Of a DNA stretch of 64,000 nt, positions 10,419-20,719 are shown piece by piece; positions within the stretch are counted from its first letter, which is position 1, and each line of letters opens with the position of its first letter. A program made the position numbers and the translations under genes. Under the pieces are notes generated by a model. That model was given only the letters and a program-made list of their open reading frames with translations. It ran no database searches and had not been told where the DNA came from. The stretch comes from Sulfuritalea sp. (GTDB taxonomy: Bacteria > Pseudomonadota > Gammaproteobacteria > Burkholderiales > Rhodocyclaceae), in contig JAIPCF010000001.1 of NCBI GenBank assembly GCA_021738385.1, forward strand, positions 19,036-83,035, written 5' to 3'.

Positions 10419-13142
10419 GTGCGCAATACTCACCAGCGATTTCAATTCAAGGCCACCGTCATAGCGGTGGCGATGGCTGTCCTGCCTTTGGCGACCCATG
10501 CTGCCGGGCTGGGGAGAATAACCGTACTCTCAGCCTTGGGGCAGCCGCTCAAAGCTGAGCTTGAAGTGACGGCAACCAGCGACGAGTCGCCCTCATTGGC
10601 AGCCAAGGTAGCATCGGTTGATGCTTTTCAGCAGGCTGGAATTGATTATTCGCCCGCCTTGGCAACATTGAGGTTTTCCCGTGACATCAAGGTGCGGGGC
10701 GGTCGACAGTATCTGGAAATCAGCACCGACCAACCCCTTAATGAACCTTTTATTGACATGCTGGTTGAGATGAGCTGGGCTTCAGGGCGCCTGGTTCGCG
10801 AATACACATTTTTGCTGGACCCACCCGATCTGACGCAAAGAACTGCTCCCGAGCCGGTTGCAGCACCGGCAGTCAAGGCGGAGCCTGCGATGGCCAAGCC
10901 ATCGGAACCGGCGGCTGCTCTCGAAACAACTCAAGCCAAACCGGTACCTCCGGTTGCAGAGCCCACCCCAGCGCAAATGCGGCCGGTTGAAAAGCTTGAA
11001 ACAAAGACGGGCTCGCGATCAGCATCCGGCAAACTGCGAACGGTAGTTGCGGGTGACACCTTGGGCAAGATCGCAGCACAGACAATGCCAAAGGGTGTCA
11101 GTCTTGATCAGATGCTGGTCGCACTGTTTCGAAGCAATCGGGAAGTGTTCGACGGCGGCAACATGAATCGTGTCCAGGCGGGAAAAATTCTTTCGATTCC
11201 CGATGCTGAGGACGTCGAAAAGGTCTCGCCTGTAGAGGCGCGTCAGGAAGTCGTTGCTCAGGCGGTTGATTTTGCAGCCTATCGCAAGCGTCTTGCGGCC
11301 GCTGCCGCTGCCGGACCAGTTAGTGACCAGGCATCGAAACAGGCCGCTAGCGGCAAGATTGCACCCAGGGTGGCCGACGAGGCGCCTTTGGCAACAGGTA
11401 AGGACAAGTTGCAGGTTTCTCGCACCGAGGCGACCAAGGACGCCAAAGGCAAGCCGCTGCAGGGGCGTATCTCTGCGCTTGAAGAAGATCTGGTGGCGCG
11501 AGACAGGGCGCTCAAAGAAGCCAGCAGTCGCATAGCCGACCTGGAAAAGAATCTTAGTGATCTACAGAAGCTCGCCCAACTGAAGAGTGGGACCGGGGCC
11601 TCGCTGCAAAAACCCGCTCCGGCGACTCCGGCGGCTGCTGCAAGCCCGCCCGCACCTGCGGAGAGCGCTCCGGCCAAACCACAGGAAATGGCAAAGCCCG
11701 AAGAAGCGCCTAAGCTTGTCGAAGCGCCCAAGCCTCCGCCGCCAAAGAAGAAAAAGCCTGCTCCCCCGCCACCGCCGCCACCTGAACCCGATTTCATTGA
11801 AGAAAATGCGCCGCTTGTCTTTGGCGGTGGAGCATTGCTGGCGCTGTTGTTCGGCTGGTTGGGATATTCAACATATCGCAAGAAGCGTGCGGCAGCGGCC
11901 GACGACGACGCAATTGTGGCCGAGACCGATCTTTCGGCACATTCAGTGTTCAGTTCCACGAGTGTCGCGCCTCCGCCGGGCGAGCAAGAAGACAGTCAGT
12001 TCAGTTCAACCGGTATCGGGATGGCCGCTACTCAGGAAACAGTAGATCCGGTTGTCGAAGCGGATACATTTCTGGCCTTTGGCCGTGATTCACAGGCTGA
12101 AGAGATTCTTCTGGATGCACTCGAGACGGATCCGCAGCGAGCGGCGATTCATCTCAAATTGCTCGATATTTATTCGGCTCGCAAGAATGCCCAGCTTTTT
12201 GAATCGGTGGCAAAGGAACTGCACACTCTGACTAGTGGAACGGGAGCGGACTGGGAGAAGGCTGCGCTCATGGGCGCAGCGCTTGACCCGGATAATCCTC
12301 TTTACCAGTCAGCGCCTACGGAAGCCTCTGCGGGCGCCTCGGTTGAAGCTCCAGCAAATGAAGTCGACCCGGATGCCACAGTTATTCTTCGTTCTTCTCC
12401 GGTGTCCGAAGCAGCCACAACCGAAGTCGCCGAGGAGGTGGTAGATACCGCATCGGCACTTGATTTTGACCTGGATATTGGTACCGCAGATTCGGCGAGT
12501 GCGGAATCTGTTTCCGTAGAAGCCGAGGCTGAATCTTCAGGTCTTGATTTTGATCTGGATCTTGGTGCGCCAGATTCAACTCCCTCTCCCGATGCGGCTC
12601 AGACGAGCGATGCAGGGACGGAAGCTGGTGGTCTCGATATTGATTTTGACATGCCGGCAAGCGAGTCGACAGCTGAAGCAATTCCAGATGCTCCAGCGCC
12701 TGAAACTCCTCCTGTGGTAACTCAAGAGGCGGCTGGTGAATTAAAAGTCCCTGCTGCTGCAACTGATTCAAGCAGCATTGATTTCGAGTTTGATATGGGG
12801 ACGCCCGAAGCTGCGGCACCCGAAACATCTGGCGAAGTGAGCCTTGAACTTCCAGCGTCGACTGAATCGCCAACCCAGGCACCCGCACTTGATCTTGGTG
12901 ACATAAGCTTGGAACTGGACACGCCGCCAGCTTCAACTGGAGAAAAGCCGATACCTGCCGCCGTGCCTGCTGGTGACGACTCATCCGACAATCCTGAGGT
13001 TGCCACCAAGCTTGAGTTGGCGATGGCCTACGAGGAAATGGGCGATCACGACGGTGCTCGAGAGCTGTTCCAGGAGGCGCTGGCTGAGGGTAGTCCGGCT
13101 CAACAGAAGGTTGCACGCGCCAAACTTGACAGCATCGGTTGA
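10419..13142 (+). CDS. fimV: FimV/HubP polar landmark protein
   Basis: GLGRITVLSALGQPL N-terminus, LysM-like GDTL segment, coiled coil, TM, acidic linker, C-terminal TKLELAMAYEEMGD..GARELF. Confidence 0.93.
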   Translation: MRNTHQRFQFKATVIAVAMAVLPLATHAAGLGRITVLSALGQPLKAELEVTATSDESPSLAAKVASVDAFQQAGIDYSPALATLRFSRDIKVRGGRQYLEISTDQPLNEPFIDMLVEMSWASGRLVREYTFLLDPPDLTQRTAPEPVAAPAVKAEPAMAKPSEPAAALETTQAKPVPPVAEPTPAQMRPVEKLETKTGSRSASGKLRTVVAGDTLGKIAAQTMPKGVSLDQMLVALFRSNREVFDGGNMNRVQAGKILSIPDAEDVEKVSPVEARQEVVAQAVDFAAYRKRLAAAAAAGPVSDQASKQAASGKIAPRVADEAPLATGKDKLQVSRTEATKDAKGKPLQGRISALEEDLVARDRALKEASSRIADLEKNLSDLQKLAQLKSGTGASLQKPAPATPAAAASPPAPAESAPAKPQEMAKPEEAPKLVEAPKPPPPKKKKPAPPPPPPPEPDFIEENAPLVFGGGALLALLFGWLGYSTYRKKRAAAADDDAIVAETDLSAHSVFSSTSVAPPPGEQEDSQFSSTGIGMAATQETVDPVVEADTFLAFGRDSQAEEILLDALETDPQRAAIHLKLLDIYSARKNAQLFESVAKELHTLTSGTGADWEKAALMGAALDPDNPLYQSAPTEASAGASVEAPANEVDPDATVILRSSPVSEAATTEVAEEVVDTASALDFDLDIGTADSASAESVSVEAEAESSGLDFDLDLGAPDSTPSPDAAQTSDAGTEAGGLDIDFDMPASESTAEAIPDAPAPETPPVVTQEAAGELKVPAAATDSSSIDFEFDMGTPEAAAPETSGEVSLELPASTESPTQAPALDLGDISLELDTPPASTGEKPIPAAVPAGDDSSDNPEVATKLELAMAYEEMGDHDGARELFQEALAEGSPAQQKVARAKLDSIG

Positions 13143-13152
13143 TCTAAAGGCA

Positions 13153-13177
13153 CTCCTGACGTCCGGGCGTCAGGAGT
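13153..13177 (+). terminator. Hairpin downstream of fimV
   Basis: ctcctgacg-tccggg-cgtcaggag followed by ttgttg. Confidence 0.6.
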
Positions 13178-13187
13178 TGTTGCTCAA

Positions 13188-13766
13188 GTGAATCGTCCGC
13201 ATCCCGCAAGCCTTATTCTGCTTGGCTTGGCGGTGCTTTTTGCCGCTTCGTCGCGCCATGGAATGAGCTTGTATCTTTCATGTATTAGCCTCGCCTTGGT
13301 CGCGTCAATAGCTGCGACATCGCATATGCGATTGCTCCTGAGGCGCAGCCGCTGGTTGTTGCTGACCATGCTGATCATGTTCGGCTGGTTCACTCCCGGC
13401 ACTCCGCTTGCGATTCTTCCTGGAGCGAGTCTGGAAGGGTTGCTGCTCGTCGCAGCGAGCATCGCCCGCTTGGTCATTGCTCTTTCCGCAGTTGCGATAC
13501 TATTGAAATCACTGTCTTCGGCTGAGCTCGTCGCTGGCATGCGCGCGTTGCTGGTTCCTTTTGCTCTGTTGGGAATCTCTCGCGATAGCGTTGCGGTTCG
13601 ATTGGCGCTGACGCTCCAAGAGGTAGAAAATTCAACCAAACCAGAGAAGCGCGAGGACGGCACCAGACCTCATTCCTTGAACTTTCCGGAAACGTCCTTA
13701 AGCGTAAGTGATGTCGTTACGGGAGCTGTCGTTGCGATACTGGCAGGCGTCGCTGTATTGGCATGA
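13188..13766 (+). CDS. CbiQ/EcfT-like membrane protein
   Basis: Hydrophobic; LRRSRWLL, TPG and AVRLALTL segments; lies between fimV and truA. Confidence 0.65.
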   Translation: MNRPHPASLILLGLAVLFAASSRHGMSLYLSCISLALVASIAATSHMRLLLRRSRWLLLTMLIMFGWFTPGTPLAILPGASLEGLLLVAASIARLVIALSAVAILLKSLSSAELVAGMRALLVPFALLGISRDSVAVRLALTLQEVENSTKPEKREDGTRPHSLNFPETSLSVSDVVTGAVVAILAGVAVLA

Positions 13767-14572
13767 GAATCGCACTGGGCCTTGAGTACGAGGGCTCCGG
13801 CTTCTGCGGTTGGCAGTCGCAAGCCGGAGGCGGGGCCGTGCAGGATGCGCTTGAGAGCGCGCTATGCAAGATTGCAGATGCTCCGACGCGAGTGGCGTGT
13901 GCCGGGCGCACTGATTCTGGAGTGCATGCGGTAGAGCAGGTGGTCCATTTTGATACCGAGGCCGTGCGTCCGGATACGGCATGGGTACGCGGCGTCAATT
14001 CGCATTTGCCAGACAGCGTCGCGGTACGCTGGGCACAGAAAGTACCTGATGAGTTTCATGCACGGTTTTCTGCGCTCGGCAGACGCTATCGCTATTTGCT
14101 GCTCAATCGAGGTGAACGTCCGGGCTTGATGGCCCATCGGGTGGGTTGGTTTCACCAATCACTGGATGTCGACGCGATGTCGGCGGCTGCAAAACTTCTT
14201 CTGGGTGAGCAGGATTTTTCGGCGTTTCGAGCTATCGAGTGCCAGGCCAAGTCGCCGATCAAGACATTGCGCCGCGCTGCCTTGGCTCGCCATGGTGACT
14301 TGCTGACGTTCGAATTTGAAGCCAGCGCATTCCTGCATCACATGGTGCGCAATATCGTCGGTGCGTTGGTGTATGTGGGCAAGGGTGCTCATGCGCCGGA
14401 ATGGATTGCCGAACTGCTCGCCAGTCGGGACCGTGCCAAGGCCGCTCCGACTTTTGAAGCTTGCGGATTGTACTTTGCCGGTGTCGATTATGATCCGGTA
14501 TGGCAACTGAAAACCCTACAGCGCGGAATCAGAAAACTCGGCGCTGCCGACACGGCGCTACTGTTCTCCTGA
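13763..14572 (+). CDS. truA: tRNA pseudouridine(38-40) synthase
   Basis: GRTDSGVHA, FHARFSA, AFLHHMVRNIVG. Confidence 0.97.
   Translation: MRIALGLEYEGSGFCGWQSQAGGGAVQDALESALCKIADAPTRVACAGRTDSGVHAVEQVVHFDTEAVRPDTAWVRGVNSHLPDSVAVRWAQKVPDEFHARFSALGRRYRYLLLNRGERPGLMAHRVGWFHQSLDVDAMSAAAKLLLGEQDFSAFRAIECQAKSPIKTLRRAALARHGDLLTFEFEASAFLHHMVRNIVGALVYVGKGAHAPEWIAELLASRDRAKAAPTFEACGLYFAGVDYDPVWQLKTLQRGIRKLGAADTALLFS
14533..14556 (+). repeat. Dispersed 24-bp motif copy 2 (truA 3' tail)
   Basis: AAAACTCGGCGCTGCCGACACGGC; 1 mismatch. Confidence 0.9.
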
Positions 14573-14576
14573 TCTC

Positions 14577-15221
14577 ATGAAGCGTACCCGAATCAAGATA
14601 TGCGGCATTACCCGCGAAGAAGACCTACTTGCCTCGGTAGCGGCCGGAGCCGATGCGTTGGGTTTTGTTTTCTATCCACCCAGCCCTCGCTTTGTCGAGT
14701 TGACTCATGCAACGAGACTACTCGCTCGGGTACCCGCGTTCGTTACTTCGGTCGGGTTGTTTGTCAATGAGTCGCCATTGGCGGTGCGTGAGATTCTGGA
14801 TCGATTATCCCTGGATCTATTGCAATTTCACGGTGAAGAAGATGCCGCCTATTGCGCTCAATTCGGCAAGCCCTGGATCAAGGCCGCCAGGATGAAGCCA
14901 GGGTTCGATTTGCTAGAATACGCCGCCGCGTTCTCGAGGGCTCCCGGAGTGGTGGGCTTGTTGCTGGATGCTCATGTTGATGGCTATGGTGGAGGTGGAG
15001 AAACCTTCGACTGGTCACTGATTCCGCGGTCCTTGCCGCTACCCGTGATTTTGTCAGGAGGCTTGAATCCTGGCAATGTTGCGCAAGCGGTGCGTGAAGT
15101 GCAGCCGTGGGCAGTGGATGTCAGCAGCGGTGTCGAAATTGCCAAAGGCATCAAGGATGCTCAAAAAATTACTGAATTCATTGCCGGAGTGCGAGATGCA
15201 GATGCAGGATCTTCCTTATAA
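14577..15221 (+). CDS. trpF: Phosphoribosylanthranilate isomerase
   Basis: [30 protein letters not shown]. Confidence 0.97.
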   Translation: MKRTRIKICGITREEDLLASVAAGADALGFVFYPPSPRFVELTHATRLLARVPAFVTSVGLFVNESPLAVREILDRLSLDLLQFHGEEDAAYCAQFGKPWIKAARMKPGFDLLEYAAAFSRAPGVVGLLLDAHVDGYGGGGETFDWSLIPRSLPLPVILSGGLNPGNVAQAVREVQPWAVDVSSGVEIAKGIKDAQKITEFIAGVRDADAGSSL

Positions 15222-16407
15222 CTTGCCGGACGCGGGCGGTCACTTTGGCCCGTATGGCGGTGTTTTTGTTGCGGAGACATTAATGCCAGCGCTCGCCGAA
15301 CTGCGCGAAGCCTATGCCCTTGCTCAAGTGGATCCTGAATTCAAGGCTGAATTCGATTACGAGCTCAAACATTATGTTGGTCGGCCCAGTCCGATTTATC
15401 ACGCCAAGCGCTGGTCCGGACTGTTGGGCGGTGCCCAGATATTCCTGAAACGAGAAGACCTGAATCATACCGGTGCGCACAAGATCAATAACTGCATCGG
15501 TCAGGCGCTGTTGGCGCGACGCATGAACAAACCGCGAGTCATCGCTGAAACCGGCGCCGGGCAGCATGGCGTCGCAACTGCGACAGTAGCTGCTCGCTAC
15601 GGCATGGAGTGCGTGGTTTACATGGGTTCCGAAGATGTCAAGCGCCAGGCGGCCAACGTCTATCGAATGAAATTGCTGGGAGCGACAGTCGTGCCGGTTG
15701 AATCCGGCTCGAAGACGCTGAAGGACGCCTTGAACGAAGCCATGCGCGATTGGGTGACCAACATCGGCAATACCTTCTACATCATCGGTACAGTTGCCGG
15801 GCCCCACCCCTATCCGATGATGGTGCGTGATTTCCAGGCGGTGATCGGAGACGAATGCAAACAGCAAATGCCCGAACTCACTGGCCGCCAGCCGGATGCG
15901 GTGATCGCTTGCGTTGGTGGTGGCTCCAACGCCATGGGTATTTTCCATCCCTACATTTCACAGGCAGATGTGAGGCTGATCGGCGTCGAAGCTTCCGGTC
16001 ACGGACTCGAGTCGGGCATGCACTCAGCCTCACTTACTGCGGGGCGGTCGGGTGTCCTGCATGGCAATCGTACCTATCTGTTGCAGGACGAAAACGGACA
16101 AGTCACCGAGACTCACTCGATATCGGCGGGTCTCGATTACCCGGGCGTGGGTCCCGAGCATGCCTGGCTCAAGGATTCGGGTCGCGCAGAATACGTCACC
16201 ATCACCGACGATGAGGCGCTGCAGGCATTCCATGATCTGTGTCGATTGGAAGGCATCATTCCGGCACTTGAATCGAGCCACGCCCTGGCCTATGCGGCCA
16301 AGCTGGCACCGACACTGGACAAAGACAAGCTGCTGCTGGTGAATCTGTCCGGCCGCGGAGACAAAGACATGCATACGGTTGCCGACGCTTCCGGCATCCA
16401 ATTCTGA
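15196..16407 (+). CDS. trpB: Tryptophan synthase beta chain
   Basis: [33 protein letters not shown]; start at 15196 or 15202. Confidence 0.98.
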   Translation: MQMQDLPYNLPDAGGHFGPYGGVFVAETLMPALAELREAYALAQVDPEFKAEFDYELKHYVGRPSPIYHAKRWSGLLGGAQIFLKREDLNHTGAHKINNCIGQALLARRMNKPRVIAETGAGQHGVATATVAARYGMECVVYMGSEDVKRQAANVYRMKLLGATVVPVESGSKTLKDALNEAMRDWVTNIGNTFYIIGTVAGPHPYPMMVRDFQAVIGDECKQQMPELTGRQPDAVIACVGGGSNAMGIFHPYISQADVRLIGVEASGHGLESGMHSASLTAGRSGVLHGNRTYLLQDENGQVTETHSISAGLDYPGVGPEHAWLKDSGRAEYVTITDDEALQAFHDLCRLEGIIPALESSHALAYAAKLAPTLDKDKLLLVNLSGRGDKDMHTVADASGIQF

Positions 16408-16419
16408 CACCTGATCACA

Positions 16420-17226
16420 ATGTCACGCATCCCAACAACATTCGCCGCGCTAGCCGCACAAGGCCGCAAGGCACTGATTCCCTTTATTACCGCCGGCGAT
16501 CCGCATCCGGATCTCAGTTTGCCGCTGATGCGGGCACTGGTTGCCAGCGGCGCAGACATCATCGAACTGGGTGTACCTTTTTCGGATCCGATGGCGGATG
16601 GACCCACCGTTCAGCGAGCTTCCGAGCGTGCGTTGGCCCATGGTATGAGTTTGCGTCGCGTGCTCGCTCTGGTTGCTGAGTTCCGCAAGGAAAATGCGGC
16701 CACACCGGTAGTTTTGATGGGCTATGCCAACCCGGTTGAAGCTTATGGCGTAGATGCTTTTGCCCGCGACGCAAGTAAAGCGGGCGTCGATGGTGTGCTG
16801 GTTGTCGACTACCCGCCTGAAGAATGTCCCGATTTTGCCGCGACGATGAAACAGGCGGGGATCGATCCAATATTTCTGCTGGCGCCGACATCCACTGAGA
16901 AACGTTACGGTGAGCTCGCGCAAATTGGCAGCGGATACATCTACTATGTTTCTCTGAAAGGCGTTACAGGTTCTGGCAGTCTGGATCTCGATGAAGTTGC
17001 GCAGCGTATTCCGCTGATCCGCGAAAAGGTTCGAATGCCGGTCGGTGTAGGCTTCGGGATTCGCGATGGAGCGACGGCGGCGCGCATAGCCGAGGTGGCG
17101 GACGCTGTGGTTATCGGCAGCCGTCTCATCGAAGAAATCGAAAGTGGTGATGTTCAGCAGGCGCCTCAGCGTGTTAGCGCATTCCTTGCCGGGATACGCG
17201 CGGCAATGGATGGAGGAATATCATGA
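16420..17226 (+). CDS. trpA: Tryptophan synthase alpha chain
   Basis: [23 protein letters not shown]. Confidence 0.98.
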   Translation: MSRIPTTFAALAAQGRKALIPFITAGDPHPDLSLPLMRALVASGADIIELGVPFSDPMADGPTVQRASERALAHGMSLRRVLALVAEFRKENAATPVVLMGYANPVEAYGVDAFARDASKAGVDGVLVVDYPPEECPDFAATMKQAGIDPIFLLAPTSTEKRYGELAQIGSGYIYYVSLKGVTGSGSLDLDEVAQRIPLIREKVRMPVGVGFGIRDGATAARIAEVADAVVIGSRLIEEIESGDVQQAPQRVSAFLAGIRAAMDGGIS

Positions 17227-18083
17227 GCTGGCTACAAAAGCTGCTGCCACCCAAAATCAAACGTGCGGAAGGGACGCGCAAGTCGATTCCAGAAGGGCTA
17301 TGGGCGAAATGCCCGGCCTGTGAAGCGGTGCTCTACAGCACAGACTTGGAAAGCAACCAGTACGTTTGCCCCAAGTGCAGCCACCATCTTCGATTGCGTG
17401 CCCGCGCAAGACTTGACGCTTTGCTCGACCCCGAAGGCCGTTTCGAGATTGGCGCCGAAGTGATGCCAATGGATCCGCTCAAGTTCAAGGACAGCAAGCG
17501 TTACGTGGATCGGCTTGCGGCCGCCCAGGAGGATACGGGCGAGGCTGATGCCATGGTGGTGATGCAGGGTGCGATCAAGACGGTGCCGGTGGTTGTCGCG
17601 TGTTTTGAGTTCGAGTTTCTCGGTGGTTCGATGGGGGCCGTGGTCGGCGAGCGCTTCGTGCGTGGCGTTAAAGCCGCGATCGAGCAGCGGACTCCATTCC
17701 TTTGCATTACCGCCTCCGGCGGCGCGCGCATGCAGGAAGGCTTGTTTTCCCTGATGCAGATGGCCAAGACCACTGCTGCCGTGACACGACTCTCGCAGCA
17801 CCAACTGCCGTTCATCACATTACTGACAGATCCGACCATGGGCGGAGTTTCGGCATCCTTTGCATTTGTCGGCGACGTGGTGATTGCCGAGCCTGGCGCC
17901 CTGATCGGTTTCGCCGGCCCCCGGGTTATCGAGCAGACGGTACGCGAGACTTTGCCGGCTGGTTTTCAACGCGCCGAGTTCCTGCTGGAAAAAGGTGCGA
18001 TCGACATGATCGTGGATCGACGTGAACTTAGGGACAAACTGGCTTCCCTGCTGACTCTGTTGCTGCGCGTTCCGGCGGCTTGA
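17223..18083 (+). CDS. accD: Acetyl-CoA carboxylase carboxyltransferase beta subunit
   Basis: CPxC..CPKC zinc finger, [25 protein letters not shown]. Confidence 0.98.
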   Translation: MSWLQKLLPPKIKRAEGTRKSIPEGLWAKCPACEAVLYSTDLESNQYVCPKCSHHLRLRARARLDALLDPEGRFEIGAEVMPMDPLKFKDSKRYVDRLAAAQEDTGEADAMVVMQGAIKTVPVVVACFEFEFLGGSMGAVVGERFVRGVKAAIEQRTPFLCITASGGARMQEGLFSLMQMAKTTAAVTRLSQHQLPFITLLTDPTMGGVSASFAFVGDVVIAEPGALIGFAGPRVIEQTVRETLPAGFQRAEFLLEKGAIDMIVDRRELRDKLASLLTLLLRVPAA

Positions 18084-19396
18084 TGCCACGCATGCCCGTT
18101 CAGGGGCTGAATGACTGGTTGGCGCACCTCGAGGCGCTGCATCCGAGTGGTAGCGCGGGCATTGAACTGGGTCTGGAACGTGTCGCCGCTGTCAAATTGC
18201 GACTGGGCCAGCAGCAAAACTGTACGGTAATTCTGGTCGGTGGTACCAATGGCAAAGGCTCAACCTGCGCCATGCTTGAGCGCGTCTTGCGCACCGCCGG
18301 CTATCAAGTCGGGCTCTACACCTCACCGCACTTGCTGAACTATAACGAGCGCATCAGGATCAATGGCTTGGCGGTTGAAGATGCCGCTCTATGTGAGGCT
18401 TTTCAGCGGGTCGAGCAGGCACGCAAGGATGTCGCGCTAACCTATTTTGAGTTCGGCACCCTGGCGGCTTGGGAGGTGTTTGCCGCCAGTGGTCTCGATG
18501 TCATCATTCTTGAGGTGGGACTGGGTGGCCGCCTCGATGCCACCAACATCTATGAGCCAACCTGCGCCGTCATCACAGGCATCGATCTCGACCATATGGA
18601 TTTTCTCGGTCCGGACCGAAAGGCGATTGGTCGCGAAAAAGCCGGTATTTTCCGCCCGGGTATCCCGGCGATTTGCGGTGACCCCAAGCCACCGCAATCA
18701 CTGTTGGATCACGCCAAGGCAATAGGTGCTGATCTACAAGTACTGGGACAAGATTTTGGCTATTTGCGCCAGGACCAGCAGTGGTTGTACTGGGGTCCCG
18801 TCGCAGGCGCCGCACAAGGAAGTACCGCCACAACACGTCGAGGCGGGTTGGCTTTTCCTTCTCTGCGCGGTGAAATGCAGCTGACCAACGCTGCGTGTGT
18901 ATTGGCCACACTTGAGGCTCTGCATCGGCAGTTGCCGGTCGCAATGAAGGACATACGCCAGGGATTGCTGGAAACCGAACTGACGGGCCGATTCCAGGTT
19001 CTTCCTGGTCGCCCGGCCATCGTTCTCGATGTCGCCCATAACCCGCAGGCGGCGCGCGTGCTGGCGGCCAACTTGGGAGAAATGGCCTTCCATCGCAGAA
19101 CCTGGGCGGTGTTCGGCATGCTGGCCGATAAAGATATTGGCGGCGTGATTGAGGCACTTGGCGACCGGGTAACGGATTGGTTGCCCTGCACTCTGAAAGG
19201 ACGCCGTGTCGCCAGCGCCGACTTTTTGGCCGACCGATTACAACTCAAGGGAAAGCAGATTGCCGGTCGCTTCGCTACACCGGAAAAAGCACTGGCTTTC
19301 GCGCAAGAGAACGCGAATGAAGATGATAGAATTCTTGCCTTCGGATCCTTCCTCACTGTCGCTGCGGCCTTGCAGATGCTTGGTCGTTCAGCCTAA
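18080..19396 (+). CDS. folC: Bifunctional folylpolyglutamate/dihydrofolate synthase
   Basis: [26 protein letters not shown]; exact start uncertain. Confidence 0.96.
   Translation: MMPRMPVQGLNDWLAHLEALHPSGSAGIELGLERVAAVKLRLGQQQNCTVILVGGTNGKGSTCAMLERVLRTAGYQVGLYTSPHLLNYNERIRINGLAVEDAALCEAFQRVEQARKDVALTYFEFGTLAAWEVFAASGLDVIILEVGLGGRLDATNIYEPTCAVITGIDLDHMDFLGPDRKAIGREKAGIFRPGIPAICGDPKPPQSLLDHAKAIGADLQVLGQDFGYLRQDQQWLYWGPVAGAAQGSTATTRRGGLAFPSLRGEMQLTNAACVLATLEALHRQLPVAMKDIRQGLLETELTGRFQVLPGRPAIVLDVAHNPQAARVLAANLGEMAFHRRTWAVFGMLADKDIGGVIEALGDRVTDWLPCTLKGRRVASADFLADRLQLKGKQIAGRFATPEKALAFAQENANEDDRILAFGSFLTVAAALQMLGRSA
19203..19226 (-). repeat. Dispersed 24-bp motif copy 3 (in folC, antisense)
   Basis: Reverse complement AAAAGTCGGCGCTGGCGACACGGC; 0 mismatches. 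Confidence 0.92.
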
Positions 19397-19455
19397 CTTT
19401 CATGCAGTGACTGCACCCTGATGATGAAACAGGACAAAAGCGGCAAGAAGACCCG

Positions 19456-19536
19456 CCCCTCCCTTCCTCCCCTCGCGGGGAGGCTATCAATCGGCTCGCT
19501 TTGCTCGATTGTTACACGTAGCCTAGAAAGGGGGGC
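19456..19536. repeat. REP-like multi-hairpin intergenic element
   Basis: cctcccc-tcgc-ggggagg hairpin (19466-19483), aatcgg..tcgatt hairpin, outer gcccctcccttc/gaaaggggggc pairing. Confidence 0.5.
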
Positions 19537-19548
19537 TCCACGTTAATC

Positions 19549-20214
19549 ATGGCGGAACACGACACATCGCCTGACGCAGAACTACAGCTGAAGAAGCGCG
19601 CTCGACGACGACTTGTCGGCGCCGCCGCGTTGGCGCTATTTGCGGTAATCGTATTGCCCATGGTGATGGATCGCGAGCCGCGTCCCATGAGCCAGGATAT
19701 CCAGGTGCGTATTCCCAGTCAGAATTCACCCGGATTTGTCGCCAAGGTGCTGCCTGGAAAACCTGCAGCAACGCCGATGCCGGCGCCCAAGCTGGCGACA
19801 GATATAGCGCCAGGTAAGGAATCTGCCAAAAATGCTGAGCCAAAGGCGACCACCGTGGTACCCGAGATCATGTCGGCAGCTTCGCAAGCACCTTCGACCG
19901 CAGCGACTCCTGAAAACAAATCGGGATCTGCCGAAAAGCCCGCTGTTGGCAAAACTGCCGAGCCAAAAGCGAAAAGCGAGGTGTCAGAACAGTGGGTCGT
20001 TCAGCTGGGGGCCTACAGGGAGCAAGGCAACGTCAAGACTTTGCTTGCCAAACTGAAGGGCCTTCGCATTCCGGCCTACACTGAAAAGTATGAATCACCA
20101 CAAGGACCGCGCACTCGAGTTCGGGCGGGTCCCTTCAATAGCAGGCAGGCCGCGGAAAAGGCACAAAAAAGAATAAAAATAATTGGTGTTGACGGACCCG
20201 TAGCTCAGAAGTAG
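19549..20214 (+). CDS. dedD: SPOR-domain cell division protein DedD
   Basis: ARRRLVGA TM segment, C-terminal WVVQLGA...RVRAGPF SPOR domain; folC-dedD-cvpA-purF synteny. Confidence 0.9.
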   Translation: MAEHDTSPDAELQLKKRARRRLVGAAALALFAVIVLPMVMDREPRPMSQDIQVRIPSQNSPGFVAKVLPGKPAATPMPAPKLATDIAPGKESAKNAEPKATTVVPEIMSAASQAPSTAATPENKSGSAEKPAVGKTAEPKAKSEVSEQWVVQLGAYREQGNVKTLLAKLKGLRIPAYTEKYESPQGPRTRVRAGPFNSRQAAEKAQKRIKIIGVDGPVAQK

Positions 20215-20218
20215 GGCA

Positions 20219-20710
20219 ATGACAGCCTTCGACTATTTAGTGCTGACTGTAATTGCAGCATCCGTACTGCTGGGTTTGTGGCGCGGAGTGGTAAGTGAAA
20301 TACTGGCTTTGGCCGCCTGGATCGTGGCGTTTTTTGCAGCCCGCGCCGAGGCTTCCGAGGTCGCGGGTTGGCTGGTGGGGAGGATCGCCGATCCGGGCAT
20401 GAGGCTGGCGGCGGCGTATGTGCTGGTGTTTGTAGGCGTATTGATTGTCTTTGCAATTGCGCGCATGCTGATTTCCTTGTTGCTCAAGGCAGCGGGTTTG
20501 GGTGTGCTGGATAGAGTTTTGGGCGGGTCTTTTGGAGTCCTGCGGGGACTAGTGGTGGTATTGGTGGCAGTGCTGGTTGCGGGCATGACACCGCTGCCGA
20601 AGGCAGACTGGTGGCGTGATGCGATGCTTGCGCCGCCTCTGGAAACGGCGGTGATTGCGGCAAAACCGTGGTTGCCGGTTGAAGCGGCAAAACGGATTCG
20701 GTTTCGATAG
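20219..20710 (+). CDS. cvpA: CvpA (colicin V production) family protein
   Basis: GLWRG, DRVLGGSFGVLRG; upstream of purF. Confidence 0.93.
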   Translation: MTAFDYLVLTVIAASVLLGLWRGVVSEILALAAWIVAFFAARAEASEVAGWLVGRIADPGMRLAAAYVLVFVGVLIVFAIARMLISLLLKAAGLGVLDRVLGGSFGVLRGLVVVLVAVLVAGMTPLPKADWWRDAMLAPPLETAVIAAKPWLPVEAAKRIRFR

Positions 20711-20719
20711 AGGAAGATC

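Noticed and set aside
11560-13000. Pro/Ala-rich and acidic LDFDL repeats in fimV
   Set aside because: Normal low-complexity FimV architecture, not a DNA repeat system.
19417-19433. CTGATGA...GAAAC hammerhead-ribozyme-like core
   Set aside because: Only one base separates CTGATGA and GAAA, so stem II is absent, and stems I/III were not found.
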